Origin: a virus
Lineage: Duplodnaviria > Caudoviricetes
Length of the DNA stretch: 33,816 nucleotides
Direction: 5' to 3' (one strand)
Virus record (IMG/VR): IMGVR_UViG_3300043442_000535
Location: 1 to 33,816 of that record
Shown here: piece by piece, positions 9,429 through 18,340 of the stretch
How the letters are laid out: the number at the start of each line of letters is the position of its first letter
How positions within the stretch are numbered: position 1 is the stretch's first letter
Program-made: the position numbers and the translations under genes
Notes under the pieces: model-generated
What the model saw: only the letters and a program-made list of their open reading frames with translations
What the model was told of the DNA's origin: nothing
The model's database searches: none

Positions 9429-10228
9429 CGTAGATCAGCATCCTCCAGTATTGACATGGCGTCCTTCGGGTGAAGGCCCGCCTTCCGACATTCGTGTGCA
9501 AGGTGTGTCAAAGTCGTTGATCTGTCACGCCCTTCAATCGGGCCATCTCTGAAGATGGCGCGACCTAGTGGTGTAAGCAGGCGAGCGGCTTCCGACATGT
9601 CATGTGATGGTTCGCCAACCGTGTATGAGATCACGGGTGGCTTGTAGTACGAAGCAAGCCGAACGATCAGTTCGGCTGGCACGAGATTTTTCTGCGCCTC
9701 AACGATGAACTCGCCAAGTGAGATCGGTTCCATGAATCGGTTGATCATGACACGTTCCCCCGTTCCCGTGTTGGGGTAGGGCAGGCGCACATAGTTGCCG
9801 ACTTGTCCGTGGTGAAGTGTCTCCTGTTTCGGGTTCACTTCTTTGGGTGGGATTTCCACAACTTTGTGAGCGGCGAGGAACATGCGTCGCATGTCGCGTG
9901 CCGTAACTGGTTCTTCAGCAAAGACCCAGATGTGGTATCCACGTCGGGTCTTCTCAACCCACGCTTTCACCCCAACCGCACCGAACGCGTCATGCAACAG
10001 GAACGCATGGTCGGGGTTGTCGTAGTCGATGTCGCTGCATCCCCATACGCACATGGTTTCTCCGTTCATCGGGACGCATGGGTACACGCCGATGAATGTG
10101 TCGCCGTTGAGGTGTGCATCGAACAGGCTGGGGGTGAGTGGTTCACGAACGCATCCGCCGTCCCATGCGCCGTAGCAGTCACCACGGCCACGGAACAGGC
10201 GAACGAACTCGTCCACCTCAGCCACCAC
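9338..10228 (-). CDS. Archaeo-eukaryotic primase (AEP)-superfamily primase with helical C-terminal (PriCT-like) domain
   Basis: DID motif I, T-RRGYHIW motif II, GNYVRLP motif III; C-terminal EGRDRSTTL segment; adjacent to the helicase. Confidence 0.8.
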   Translation of the reverse strand: MVAEVDEFVRLFRGRGDCYGAWDGGCVREPLTPSLFDAHLNGDTFIGVYPCVPMNGETMCVWGCSDIDYDNPDHAFLLHDAFGAVGVKAWVEKTRRGYHIWVFAEEPVTARDMRRMFLAAHKVVEIPPKEVNPKQETLHHGQVGNYVRLPYPNTGTGERVMINRFMEPISLGEFIVEAQKNLVPAELIVRLASYYKPPVISYTVGEPSHDMSEAARLLTPLGRAIFRDGPIEGRDRSTTLTHLAHECRKAGLHPKDAMSILEDADLRWGKYLIRGEAGKMELEKLLVRAYGATPST

Positions 10229-11258
10229 GCACCTCGTTCAAGAACTGTGACGGCAGTTCGCCGTCACGGAGACGCGTCAGACGTCCAGTTCCTTGCTCAA
10301 TCTCGTAATCGATGTCATCGATCAGGGTTCCAGCGGGACGCTTGTTCTTCACGAGATTGATTGTAAGGGTGTGGGCATGGATACGTGCCTCGTAACGCAG
10401 GAAGTCCAGTTGCTCCATCGCGCGTTCTGATGCCTGCGACTTGTCCAACTTCGCTTCCAACTCGCGAATCTGTGATTCGATTTCAAACCGTTTGCGTCGC
10501 ACACCGATGATGTGCGTCGCCTGTTGTTCTCCACCGAACGAACCAGATGAGATGGTCATGCGTTTGCCGTCCGCGCCTGCGGTGCGTGACGTCTGATGCA
10601 GGACAAGCAACGGTACGTCATGCCGACGACCCCACGCTTTGAGCGTGTTCGCTTTGGAGGGGACGTCTTCGCCTCCGCCTTGCAACAGTTCCAGATAATC
10701 GAACACGACAAGATCGGGCTTCTGTCCCCACAGGTTGCATACTTCGCCCATCGCCTTCTCCATGTCCGACAGAGCCATGCTCTGATCAAACACGGCGAGC
10801 GTGGGGAAGTGATCGTTGGCGGTAGAGCGAAGCAAGTCAATCGCTGTCGGATCGTCAGCGGCGACAAGGCGTTCAAGATCAATGGCGTTCACCCCGTGGG
10901 TGACGCAGGCAAGTTTGATCAGAACAAGGGTGCGTGGTTCGTCGGGGACGAAGTAGATCACGTTCTTGTTGCGGTTGGCTTTCAGCATCTCCAACGTGAC
11001 GAGCGTCTTTCCGCTGTGGCTGTAGCCGATGAGGTTGCACATTTCGCCAGACGCGATTCCTCGCATCTCGCGATCAAGGTCGGTGAACCCTGTGTAGATG
11101 CGTTCGTGTGGTGATTGCGCCCAACGAACGAACTCGTGAGCGGCGTCTTCCAGCGGCTTGTAATAGAGATGTTTCTGCTCCATCGGGAGCGCGGTAGCAG
11201 AGGGGGGTGTCTCTGCTACCAGCGCCTCCCAACGAGCCGCCAGATCTGGCTGGGTCAC
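10218..11258 (-). CDS. DnaB-like (SF4) replicative helicase
   Basis: TGFTDLD, Walker A GYSHSGKT, Walker B VFDYLELL, LHQTSR, EQQA and C-terminal VKNKR. Confidence 0.85.
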   Translation of the reverse strand: MTQPDLAARWEALVAETPPSATALPMEQKHLYYKPLEDAAHEFVRWAQSPHERIYTGFTDLDREMRGIASGEMCNLIGYSHSGKTLVTLEMLKANRNKNVIYFVPDEPRTLVLIKLACVTHGVNAIDLERLVAADDPTAIDLLRSTANDHFPTLAVFDQSMALSDMEKAMGEVCNLWGQKPDLVVFDYLELLQGGGEDVPSKANTLKAWGRRHDVPLLVLHQTSRTAGADGKRMTISSGSFGGEQQATHIIGVRRKRFEIESQIRELEAKLDKSQASERAMEQLDFLRYEARIHAHTLTINLVKNKRPAGTLIDDIDYEIEQGTGRLTRLRDGELPSQFLNEVRGG

Positions 11259-11725
11259 GCCTGTCCTCGCGGAGGCCAGAACGCGATCGGCTCCTGACCG
11301 TCCACGGCGTCAGCCTGCTTGAACCACGGACGCTTCGTGCCGACGGCCTGATCGCGGTTGTCCCACACGCGTGCCACGCCAGCCTTCTGGCAGGCGGCGA
11401 TCAACCAGTTCGGAATGTCGCCGTGCTGCTTGCCAGCGATCTTGATGGTGGTGATCGCGGGGGCGATGACGGGAGCCTTGGCGAGGGTCGGCTTCGCTTC
11501 ACCGTTGGTGGCGGTGATGGTCTCCACGGTCGCGTCGGGGAACGCTTCCTGCAACAGCGACATGCCGTTCGCCTTCTGCAGGGCTTCGTTCACCACGTCG
11601 AAGTGCGACAGGAACGTCGCCTGAACGACGTCCACGTTGCGTTCGGGCAGGGTGGTGGTGTTCACGAGGTCGGCTGCGATCTTCGCAGCGACCTGCATGA
11701 TGATGGACTGATCCTTGCTGATCAT
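11255..11725 (-). CDS. Hypothetical replication/recombination-module protein (possible ssDNA-binding)
   Basis: ATG 11725 in a TAATG overlap; lies between nuclease and helicase; aromatic/basic C-terminus (WDNR, KRPWFK, FWPP). Confidence 0.55.
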   Translation of the reverse strand: MISKDQSIIMQVAAKIAADLVNTTTLPERNVDVVQATFLSHFDVVNEALQKANGMSLLQEAFPDATVETITATNGEAKPTLAKAPVIAPAITTIKIAGKQHGDIPNWLIAACQKAGVARVWDNRDQAVGTKRPWFKQADAVDGQEPIAFWPPRGQA

Positions 11726-12555
11726 TATTTCTTCCCTTCTTGGGGTTCGATGTCGGCTGGTGCCAACTTGCTTCCTTTGCAGACCGACCAGAACGGACAC
11801 CACGTCGATGAGCACAGGTAGTGCGTGTCGTTGCGTGTCCATGCTTCGTCGGTGCCGAGTGAGGCGAACAACCGCACGAACGATTGCGCTACCTCTTGAA
11901 GCCATTCGACGTGGCTTTCGTTACGGTGGATCGGCACGATCTGTGCCGAACCACCACGAACTAGAACTCCGTACTTGAATGTGGCAGGCCATTCCAGCCA
12001 TCCGTGATGAACGGCTGCTGCCGTGTACATCGTCGGCTGGATTGCCTGCGACTGTTTCTCGCGGGCGTTGTACTTCTTGCCCGATGTCTTCCAGTCCCAG
12101 ATCGCTGTGTCTGTCACGCAGTCAATCGTACCAATGCCCCATAGCCTGATCGTTCCGAAAACGAAGTGTTGCATGGTGCCGAGAGGGAACGTGAACGACT
12201 TCTCTACCGCGACGACATTTCCGAGAGTGGGAGCGATGTTCTTCTCCCATTCACGAATCAGTTCGGGGACATGATCAAACAGTTCTTCGTTCGTGTACTT
12301 GACACGTTGGAACGGCTCATCAAGGAGACGATTCAGTTCGTTGAGAGCAGCGGGTATCGGCTCACCTTTGCCTTCCAGAACGGCAGCGATGCCAGCGTGG
12401 ACGGCGGTGCCGAGAATGGTGGCATCGTTCGGCTTTGACCATTCGGGACGCAGGATCGCGTTGCGTCCCCGTTCGTTGCACATCATCGCGTCGTTGATCC
12501 ACGACTGGCGCAGGTACACGTCGAGCGTGCCGTCTTCGTTCAGCGTGTACTTCAC
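11725..12555 (-). CDS. PD-(D/E)XK (RecB/Cas4-like) exonuclease
   Basis: GTAVH, GTID...WDWKT, QPTMY and the Cys set C...CxxxxCPFWSVC. Confidence 0.85.
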   Translation of the reverse strand: MKYTLNEDGTLDVYLRQSWINDAMMCNERGRNAILRPEWSKPNDATILGTAVHAGIAAVLEGKGEPIPAALNELNRLLDEPFQRVKYTNEELFDHVPELIREWEKNIAPTLGNVVAVEKSFTFPLGTMQHFVFGTIRLWGIGTIDCVTDTAIWDWKTSGKKYNAREKQSQAIQPTMYTAAAVHHGWLEWPATFKYGVLVRGGSAQIVPIHRNESHVEWLQEVAQSFVRLFASLGTDEAWTRNDTHYLCSSTWCPFWSVCKGSKLAPADIEPQEGKK

Positions 12556-13004
12556 GAGATACCAACTGATTCCAGCGTGCGCTGACGAAGGTGAATGGAA
12601 TGCGTGTTGGACATCTTGATGCCGTACTTGTTCATGAGGTGCTTTCGCACGTCAGCGGCGCTTGCGCCCATCACGAACATGATGCGCACTTCCCTGTCCT
12701 GCTCATCGTTCAGGAGTGTGCGGGGGCGTCCTGTTGCGACCTGTGGGAGGATCGCGTCGGCAACGACAGCGAGGGAGTCGGGGTCGTTCATGGTGTCGCG
12801 AATCGCGACGAGATCGGTGAAGAACTGGACGATGTTCTCGTCTGTCATCGGTCTCTTGAACTCGCGGTAGGTTGCTACCGCTGCACCGAATCGGTAGTCG
12901 GTGATCGCGTTCGTGATGTTGATCGGCGTGGGTGACGGCACGACGACATCGCAGAGGCATTCCTCGCTGTGTGTCGGGTCACCGCAGTTGATGGTGTCTT
13001 TCAT
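12552..13004 (-). CDS. Hypothetical protein with C-terminal HTH-like domain
   Basis: AAGGAG RBS, then ATG 13004; N-terminal C/H cluster; GRPRTLLNDEQ...GASAADVRKHL. Confidence 0.6.
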   Translation of the reverse strand: MKDTINCGDPTHSEECLCDVVVPSPTPINITNAITDYRFGAAVATYREFKRPMTDENIVQFFTDLVAIRDTMNDPDSLAVVADAILPQVATGRPRTLLNDEQDREVRIMFVMGASAADVRKHLMNKYGIKMSNTHSIHLRQRTLESVGIS

Positions 13005-13017
13005 GATTCTCCTTGTG

Positions 13018-13038
13018 AGTTGTGTGCTAGCACACAAC
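13018..13038. repeat. Palindromic repeat copy 1 (AGTTGTGTGCTAGCACACAAC)
   Basis: Perfect 20-bp palindrome at 13019-13038, a few bases upstream of the RBS of the 13004 gene. Confidence 0.95.
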
Positions 13039-13041
13039 AAC

Positions 13042-13071
13042 AGTCTACATGACGCTCGTAGTGAGTGTCTT
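13042..13071 (-). promoter_or_regulatory. Candidate housekeeping-sigma promoter AAGACA-N18-TAGACT driving the replication operon
   Basis: Partial match to TTGACA/TANNNT; the predicted start site falls within palindrome copy 1. Confidence 0.4.
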
Positions 13072-13086
13072 TCTTGTCGTCGCTAG

Positions 13087-13157
13087 ATCGGTGTCGTCGC
13101 CTTAGCGACGCACCGATACAGTTCACCATTCCCCACCCCCCTTTATCCCCCCTCCCC
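13087..13157. other. Intergenic hairpin plus C/G-tract cluster (candidate origin or terminator)
   Basis: ATCGGTG-T-CGTCGC-ctta-GCGACG-CACCGAT at 13087-13117; CCCC-A-CCCCCC-TTTAT-CCCCCC-T-CCCC at 13131-13157. Confidence 0.5.
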
Positions 13158-13292
13158 GTCGGTCGGGATTGTAGAGATGGGTTATGGATAGGTGCTGTGA
13201 GCAGGGGAAATGCGGAAACGGTATCGAAACGTGGTCACAAATGCAGAATGGGCGCAACTCGTTTGAGTTGCACCCATTCGCAGGCATGGCAT

Positions 13293-13445
13293 TCAGAAAC
13301 CAGATGGTTTCTTGATTGGTGTCATCACCTTACCTGTTCCTGTATGACGGACACACCGTGGTGGCTCCACCAGAGGAACATGAGTGGTGATCTTGTTGTC
13401 GCACGACGGACATCGCCACACGACTGTGTGTTCAGAACGGCTCAT
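13293..13445 (-). CDS. Small zinc-ribbon-like protein
   Basis: MSRSEHTVVWRCPSCD...CVRH; TAGGAA upstream of ATG 13445. Confidence 0.5.
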   Translation of the reverse strand: MSRSEHTVVWRCPSCDNKITTHVPLVEPPRCVRHTGTGKVMTPIKKPSGF

Positions 13446-13716
13446 CGTTCCGATTGCGAGGTGGGTAGTGCTCCCTGATCGCAAGCGTGTCCAACATGTT
13501 GTCCAGTTGATCACGCAACGATTTCTGAAGCATCTCCCAGTTCTCCAAGTACAGGTCGTCACCCAGATCAAGACTGGACATGTAGCGGAACGAATCCGTC
13601 CAATCCAGTTCTGGGTGGGGATCGACGTGGAAGGTTCCGTCTTCCAACTCCGTCACCGTGACGTAGACGAGAGGTTGAAAGCCGACTGCGTGCTTGCGTC
13701 GGATCGGCGCGTTCAT
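13432..13716 (-). CDS. Hypothetical protein
   Basis: GAGGAGG RBS; ATGA overlap. Confidence 0.6.
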   Translation of the reverse strand: MNAPIRRKHAVGFQPLVYVTVTELEDGTFHVDPHPELDWTDSFRYMSSLDLGDDLYLENWEMLQKSLRDQLDNMLDTLAIREHYPPRNRNDEPF

Positions 13717-13928
13717 GACACCACCTCCTCACGCATGACACGAATGATTTCCGCTTGGATACGCAGAAGCGCATCGTGATCAGCCAACGCCTCCACACCG
13801 ATCGCGGTGTGGGTGCCGTGCTTGTTGATCTTCTTGTTGAGGTTGTCGATCGCGATACCGACCGTCTTGAACAGGGCGTACATGTCGTCCAATCCAATCG
13901 GGATCTGCAAATCTCTGGGTTGTTCCAT
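13713..13928 (-). CDS. Hypothetical protein
   Basis: GAAAGGAAACACATC-ATG start context. Confidence 0.65.
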   Translation of the reverse strand: MEQPRDLQIPIGLDDMYALFKTVGIAIDNLNKKINKHGTHTAIGVEALADHDALLRIQAEIIRVMREEVVS

Positions 13929-13941
13929 GATGTGTTTCCTT

Positions 13942-14943
13942 TCAGGAGAAGACCGACACGGCCTTCGTGGTTAGTGGGAATCGGTCGTCAAGCACCCGAC
14001 GAATGGCTGCGATGTCCCGACCGCTGTTGCGGACGGTTGAGCGGTGCTGCTCAAATCCTTGGATTGCCATGACGGCATCAAAGGCTGTTTCTTGACGAGT
14101 GTGATCGTTCCATTCCGCAACGATCTCGTCCCAAGTGTTGTCGTACATCGTCTGCGAACGACCGCTGTTGGTCGGACGCTTACCGATGACCGCAGGAATC
14201 ACCTTCTGGGTGAGCGTGCGCTTATCCGCTTCGATGTCCAGCAGACGCTGAATCTCTGCGTCAAACTGGTCAAAGGTGGTGATCATTCGTTCCAGCGACG
14301 AAACCGCTTGTGACGCGATGTCCGACGCGTTACGCGTGTGACGCACGATGAAACCTGTCGTCGCGTTCCAAGGGGTGAACGTGTTCATGCAGACCCACAG
14401 GTTCTGCATGTACTTGACACCCAACGGATACGACCCGTCGTGAGATGTGTAGATGCCCATGTAGCGGGTCATCTTGTCGCTCTCGTCGCCGTCCTTGCGG
14501 ACAACTTTGACGAGATCGCGGAACTCCACGACGAGGAACAACACTCGTCCACCGTACAACTCAACGGCGCTGACAGGCTGGGCATCACCTCGTGCTTTCA
14601 TCAGCACGTCCATGTACTGACCGAGCACCTCGTTCTGCACCATGCCGTACCGATCTGAATGGATACCGAGAATCCGTTCGCAATCGGTTCGGATGATCGC
14701 GGCGTACTCGTCTGCTCGTTCTTGTCCGAGACCGAGTTCCGCGAGAGTGCGCTTCTCCGTGTTCCAGTTGAGACCTGCCGTCACCAGAAGGTCACGACCT
14801 GTCTTGATGTCGTCGGTGATCGGAACTTTCCGACCGACGACGACACCTTTCTTGTTCACGGAGTCGCCGTAGCCGTGCCACGGTTCCACGCGGAACGCAC
14901 CGCTGGACACTCCACCTGTCACTCCATACTTATCTGCACCCAT
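13942..14943 (-). CDS. DUF932/DUF945 family (TIGR03299-like phage/plasmid) protein
   Basis: PWHG, AGLNW, LGIHSDRYGMVQN, SHDGS, VCMNT and RHT motifs. Confidence 0.85.
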   Translation of the reverse strand: MGADKYGVTGGVSSGAFRVEPWHGYGDSVNKKGVVVGRKVPITDDIKTGRDLLVTAGLNWNTEKRTLAELGLGQERADEYAAIIRTDCERILGIHSDRYGMVQNEVLGQYMDVLMKARGDAQPVSAVELYGGRVLFLVVEFRDLVKVVRKDGDESDKMTRYMGIYTSHDGSYPLGVKYMQNLWVCMNTFTPWNATTGFIVRHTRNASDIASQAVSSLERMITTFDQFDAEIQRLLDIEADKRTLTQKVIPAVIGKRPTNSGRSQTMYDNTWDEIVAEWNDHTRQETAFDAVMAIQGFEQHRSTVRNSGRDIAAIRRVLDDRFPLTTKAVSVFS

Positions 14944-15011
14944 GATGTTTCTCTCTTTCTGTTAGGTTGCTTACGCAACATTACATCTGTGTTGTAGTCA
15001 AGAGCCTTCGG

Positions 15012-15164
15012 CTACCTGACTATGTTCTTCCTGTACTCTGTACGAGGCTTGGAACGGACGTGCTGGTCATAGCGTCCCGCCTCAAACCCGAGGTGGAACG
15101 CCAAGACCACAGCACCGACGGTAAGAACAAGCCAGCAAACAATCAAACCGATGATGATGTTCAC
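15012..15164 (-). CDS. Small membrane protein (50 aa; not in the ORF track)
   Basis: AAGGA RBS; GTGA overlap; MNIIIGLIVCWLVLTVGAVVLAFHLG followed by a basic tail. Confidence 0.6.
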   Translation of the reverse strand: MNIIIGLIVCWLVLTVGAVVLAFHLGFEAGRYDQHVRSKPRTEYRKNIVR

Positions 15165-15493
15165 TTCGTATCCTTCCGTGTTGGAGATGGATAGATGAAC
15201 GACGAGTCGTGATCAATCACGCCCAACGACACAAAGATACCGTGGTCGGTCTGCGTGAACCCCCCCTCGTCGTCGTACTCCATGTAGGCGGTGACACGAA
15301 TGTCACCGTCGTCCCACGCCCAGATCTCGACGTCGGCACGAATAGAGCCAGCGATGAACTCAAACCATTCCGAGCCATCAAACCTCCCTCGCTCTTTCTC
15401 TTCGTTGTAGCGACGTCGCGCTTCGCGCAGGATCGGATCGGCAAGCGACGTCATCGCCCACCGCCACTCGTATTCCTCGTGAATCTCGTTCAC
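15161..15493 (-). CDS. Hypothetical acidic protein
   Basis: GGTGGAG RBS; GTGA overlap. Confidence 0.6.
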   Translation of the reverse strand: MNEIHEEYEWRWAMTSLADPILREARRRYNEEKERGRFDGSEWFEFIAGSIRADVEIWAWDDGDIRVTAYMEYDDEGGFTQTDHGIFVSLGVIDHDSSFIYPSPTRKDTK

Positions 15494-16005
15494 TTCTCCA
15501 CCTTCTTTCTGCGCGGGTTGCGTTGCGGCAACACACCTGCCTTCTGCAAGTGGAAGATTTTCTGCGTCACGGAACCACGCGACCGCGACAAGCGGTCAGC
15601 GATCCCCTGCGCGGTGACACCGCGAGCGTACAGACGCAACAGCGTCTGCATTTCCTCATCGGTGAATCGCGTCTGCGGAACGACACGAGCACGGCGAGGG
15701 ATTATCACGACCATCACCATCTCAAACAGATCGGCGTGCCTCTCGTACACCCAGAACTGGGTGATCTCCAAGTACGCCTTCCGTGCCGTCTCCGTTGTCA
15801 GCACGTCGGAACGCCACATCTTGTGGATCGTGTCCAACTTGCGGACAATCTCTTTCCCGAAACTGGGCATCATTACATTCTCCTTGTTGTTGTTGTTGTT
15901 GTTTTCCCCGTCATCGCTGACGAAGGTCTCTGCTTGGAGCGCACCGACCTCACGGAAGATGCGCCCCATGTCCTGAATGGACTTGCGGATTTCTTGATCA
16001 TTCAT
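15490..16005 (-). CDS. HTH DNA-binding protein; possible second in-frame start at 15873
   Basis: C-terminal FTDEEMQTLLRLYARGVTAQGIADRLSRSRGSVTQKI HTH. Confidence 0.7.
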   Translation of the reverse strand: MNDQEIRKSIQDMGRIFREVGALQAETFVSDDGENNNNNNKENVMMPSFGKEIVRKLDTIHKMWRSDVLTTETARKAYLEITQFWVYERHADLFEMVMVVIIPRRARVVPQTRFTDEEMQTLLRLYARGVTAQGIADRLSRSRGSVTQKIFHLQKAGVLPQRNPRRKKVEK

Positions 16006-16026
16006 AGTGATCTCTCTTTCTGTGAA

Positions 16027-16048
16027 AGTTGTGTGCTAGCACACAACT
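16027..16048. repeat. Palindromic repeat copy 2 (22-bp perfect palindrome)
   Basis: AGTTGTGTGCTAGCACACAACT between the GATase stop and the RBS of the HTH gene. Confidence 0.95.
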
Positions 16049-16911
16049 CAGTAGTAGTTGAAGGGTGGACAGGTGCAGAGCGTGATGTCGTTGTGACACC
16101 AGAAGCACGACTGACAGATGTCGCAACATTCGTCGGGATTCTCCAAATCCTGCGTGTGATCGGAACCGCACACGGGACAGACCCACACCTCACGCTGACC
16201 GTCGATCTGACGAATGTACGACCTGATCGCAGCGTCGTACTGGTAGCCGTGGTATGGCTCGTCGTGAAACGCGTTGTCAAACAGTTCGTCATCGTTGTCA
16301 TCGTTGGGAGTCCACAACGAACGCCCGATCGTGCTGGTCGTGGAACGCGCCCACGACAACCAGTACGAATCGTCGTAGGAGTGATTACTCCACCACACAC
16401 CCTTGTCCCAATGACCGAGGCGTTCGTTCACGATGTAGTACGGCTTCGCGAGACGCTTGTTCTCCGACAACACAACCAACTTTGAACCCGCGGCGAACTT
16501 CTCAATCTCCGCGAACTCAGTCGGGTCGTCCAACATCTCCACGCCCATCTCTGGCAACCATTCGGTTGCGAAGATACGCGTGTCGGACTTGCCGTCCTGT
16601 TCCTTGATGGGAAGCATTCCGTTGTGACCGAGCACGATGTTCTCGTCCACGACGAACGGGTGACAGTTGTCGATGTTCGTGCTCCCGTGCGTAGTGATAC
16701 GCAGATGGAACAACGCCTCACCGCTCATGTTGTTGGCACGGAAGTCGTGGAACGAATCAATCGCTTCGTTCGCGTCCATCGTGCGGTGGTAGTAGACGCC
16801 TTTCTTTGTGCGTACCGCCCAACCGAACCCGTCAGGGTTCGCTTTGGCAGCAGCACGCAGGCGCTTCTTGCTGGGTGTCGCACCCTTCGGTGCGAAGATT
16901 AGTAGACACAT
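16048..16911 (-). CDS. Class II (Ntn) glutamine amidotransferase with C-terminal Cys cluster
   Basis: N-terminal Met-Cys, NPDGFG, HLRITTHG, NCHPF, HNG and SDT motifs. Confidence 0.9.
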   Translation of the reverse strand: MCLLIFAPKGATPSKKRLRAAAKANPDGFGWAVRTKKGVYYHRTMDANEAIDSFHDFRANNMSGEALFHLRITTHGSTNIDNCHPFVVDENIVLGHNGMLPIKEQDGKSDTRIFATEWLPEMGVEMLDDPTEFAEIEKFAAGSKLVVLSENKRLAKPYYIVNERLGHWDKGVWWSNHSYDDSYWLSWARSTTSTIGRSLWTPNDDNDDELFDNAFHDEPYHGYQYDAAIRSYIRQIDGQREVWVCPVCGSDHTQDLENPDECCDICQSCFWCHNDITLCTCPPFNYY

Positions 16912-16944
16912 GATGTGTTCCTTTCTGTTGTTGTTGTTATGTGA

Positions 16945-18195
16945 TCAGAACGGCGAGTCTTCGCCGTTGTTGTCGTTGATGGTGCGATGGCTTGCGGTCG
17001 TGGTGGCGTTGAGAACACCACGACGATCAAGCAGGGGAATGAGGTGGTCAAGATCGCCGTTGTCACGACGCTCCAACCATTCGATGTACGCGCCCCACGC
17101 AAGCGCACCGTGGTTGAACACATCAACCGCGTTGATGGAAGTGATGTACTCGTGGAGAGTGTGGACGAACTCCAACACACCGATCACGGTCGTGGCTTTG
17201 AGCGAACCACGGAAGTACCGCAACTCAATCGTGTGGCGGTTCTGCAAGTTCACCGCGACGTAGCGGTGGTAGTTGCTGTGACCCTTCGCCATGAGCAACT
17301 TGCTCGGCTCGTCGCTTCCGTAGCGGACATGGAACGTAGCCCATTGGTCGGAGTGACGACCACCGAAACGCTGGATCATCTCGGCGTTCTGCTGGTGGAA
17401 GGTGAGCAACTTGTAGATGTCGTCCTTGCCGAACGCACTCCGTGAGACATGGACATGAAGCCCACAACCCGCGCCACGCCACGATGTCATGTCGTAGTTG
17501 TGCAAGTTCTCAATCGCCTGCCACGGCGCCATCTCCTTGTGAGCGGCGAGCGTCGCAGGCATGGACACCATCTCAAAGCCCGACACCGAACCGTCCTTTT
17601 TCAGGATCAAGTAGTTCTCGTCTGAGTTGTCGTAGATGTACCGCGCAGCCTCGCCACGGCGGTCGCCATGTGAGTTGGTCTCCAACTCAAATCCCATGTA
17701 CAGGGTCTTGGTCGTGAACGGACGAGCGCGTCCAGACAGCGATCCATCCGATGCCTTGTGCCAGTACACGAGTTGCGGTCGGTACGAGTGGTCGTGCAAT
17801 AGGGAACTTGCCTCCCCAACGATTGAATAGCAGTCGTAGCAGTAGTACGAGTCTGAATCTTCATCGTAGGCGATGCTGTCCGAATGGACGATCACGTTGC
17901 ACCGCTCGCAGGTGTATCCGTAATCGTTGCGACACGACTGACAGATGTCCGTCATACACCCCCCCGTGTCGTATGTGTCCACGTGGTCTGACGAGTAGTG
18001 CTCCGAGCACCATTCGCATTGCTCCGCACACCAGTCGTGGTGCGGTGCCTCGTCGTGCCGAGACCGCCACGATCCGTCGCCACCCGTTCGGGCGACGACA
18101 GCCGTGTCGATGTCGTCGATGACCAGCCCGCATTGCGGGCAGTCCACTTGCACTTCCTCGTCGGGCGTCTCCACGCCCTCGTTGCCGTTACTCAT
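16945..18195 (-). CDS. COOH-NH2 ligase type 2 (putative amidoligase) with N-terminal CxxC repeats
   Basis: GFELE, KDGS, GFEMVS, CGLHVHVS, RYVAVN and TIELRYFRG motifs; AGAAAGG RBS, then ATG 18195. Confidence 0.85.
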   Translation of the reverse strand: MSNGNEGVETPDEEVQVDCPQCGLVIDDIDTAVVARTGGDGSWRSRHDEAPHHDWCAEQCEWCSEHYSSDHVDTYDTGGCMTDICQSCRNDYGYTCERCNVIVHSDSIAYDEDSDSYYCYDCYSIVGEASSLLHDHSYRPQLVYWHKASDGSLSGRARPFTTKTLYMGFELETNSHGDRRGEAARYIYDNSDENYLILKKDGSVSGFEMVSMPATLAAHKEMAPWQAIENLHNYDMTSWRGAGCGLHVHVSRSAFGKDDIYKLLTFHQQNAEMIQRFGGRHSDQWATFHVRYGSDEPSKLLMAKGHSNYHRYVAVNLQNRHTIELRYFRGSLKATTVIGVLEFVHTLHEYITSINAVDVFNHGALAWGAYIEWLERRDNGDLDHLIPLLDRRGVLNATTTASHRTINDNNGEDSPF

Positions 18196-18265
18196 TTCAT
18201 TACCTTTCTGTTGTTGTTGCTGTTGTTGTTGTGATGCTCGCGTTGTTGCGAGCGAACAACACACA

Positions 18266-18286
18266 AGTTGTGTGCTAGCACACAAC
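18266..18286. repeat. Palindromic repeat copy 3
   Basis: Perfect 20-bp palindrome at 18267-18286, flanked by hairpins at 18236-18253 and 18305-18330. Confidence 0.95.
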
Positions 18287-18304
18287 CCATGTGCTGTTCG
18301 CACG

Positions 18305-18330
18305 CCACCGCACGGGGAGCGGTGCGGTGG
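18305..18330 (-). terminator. GC-rich hairpin after the 18341 gene (terminator or processing site)
   Basis: CCACCGCAC/GTGCGGTGG 9-bp stem with 8-nt loop; no clear U-tract. Confidence 0.4.
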
Positions 18331-18340
18331 AATGCGGTCA

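Noticed and set aside
14965-15022. TTGACT promoter and hairpin upstream of DUF932
   Set aside because: The nearest -10-like hexamer (TAATGT) is only 12 nt away, and the hairpin is short and overlaps a stop codon; too weak to call
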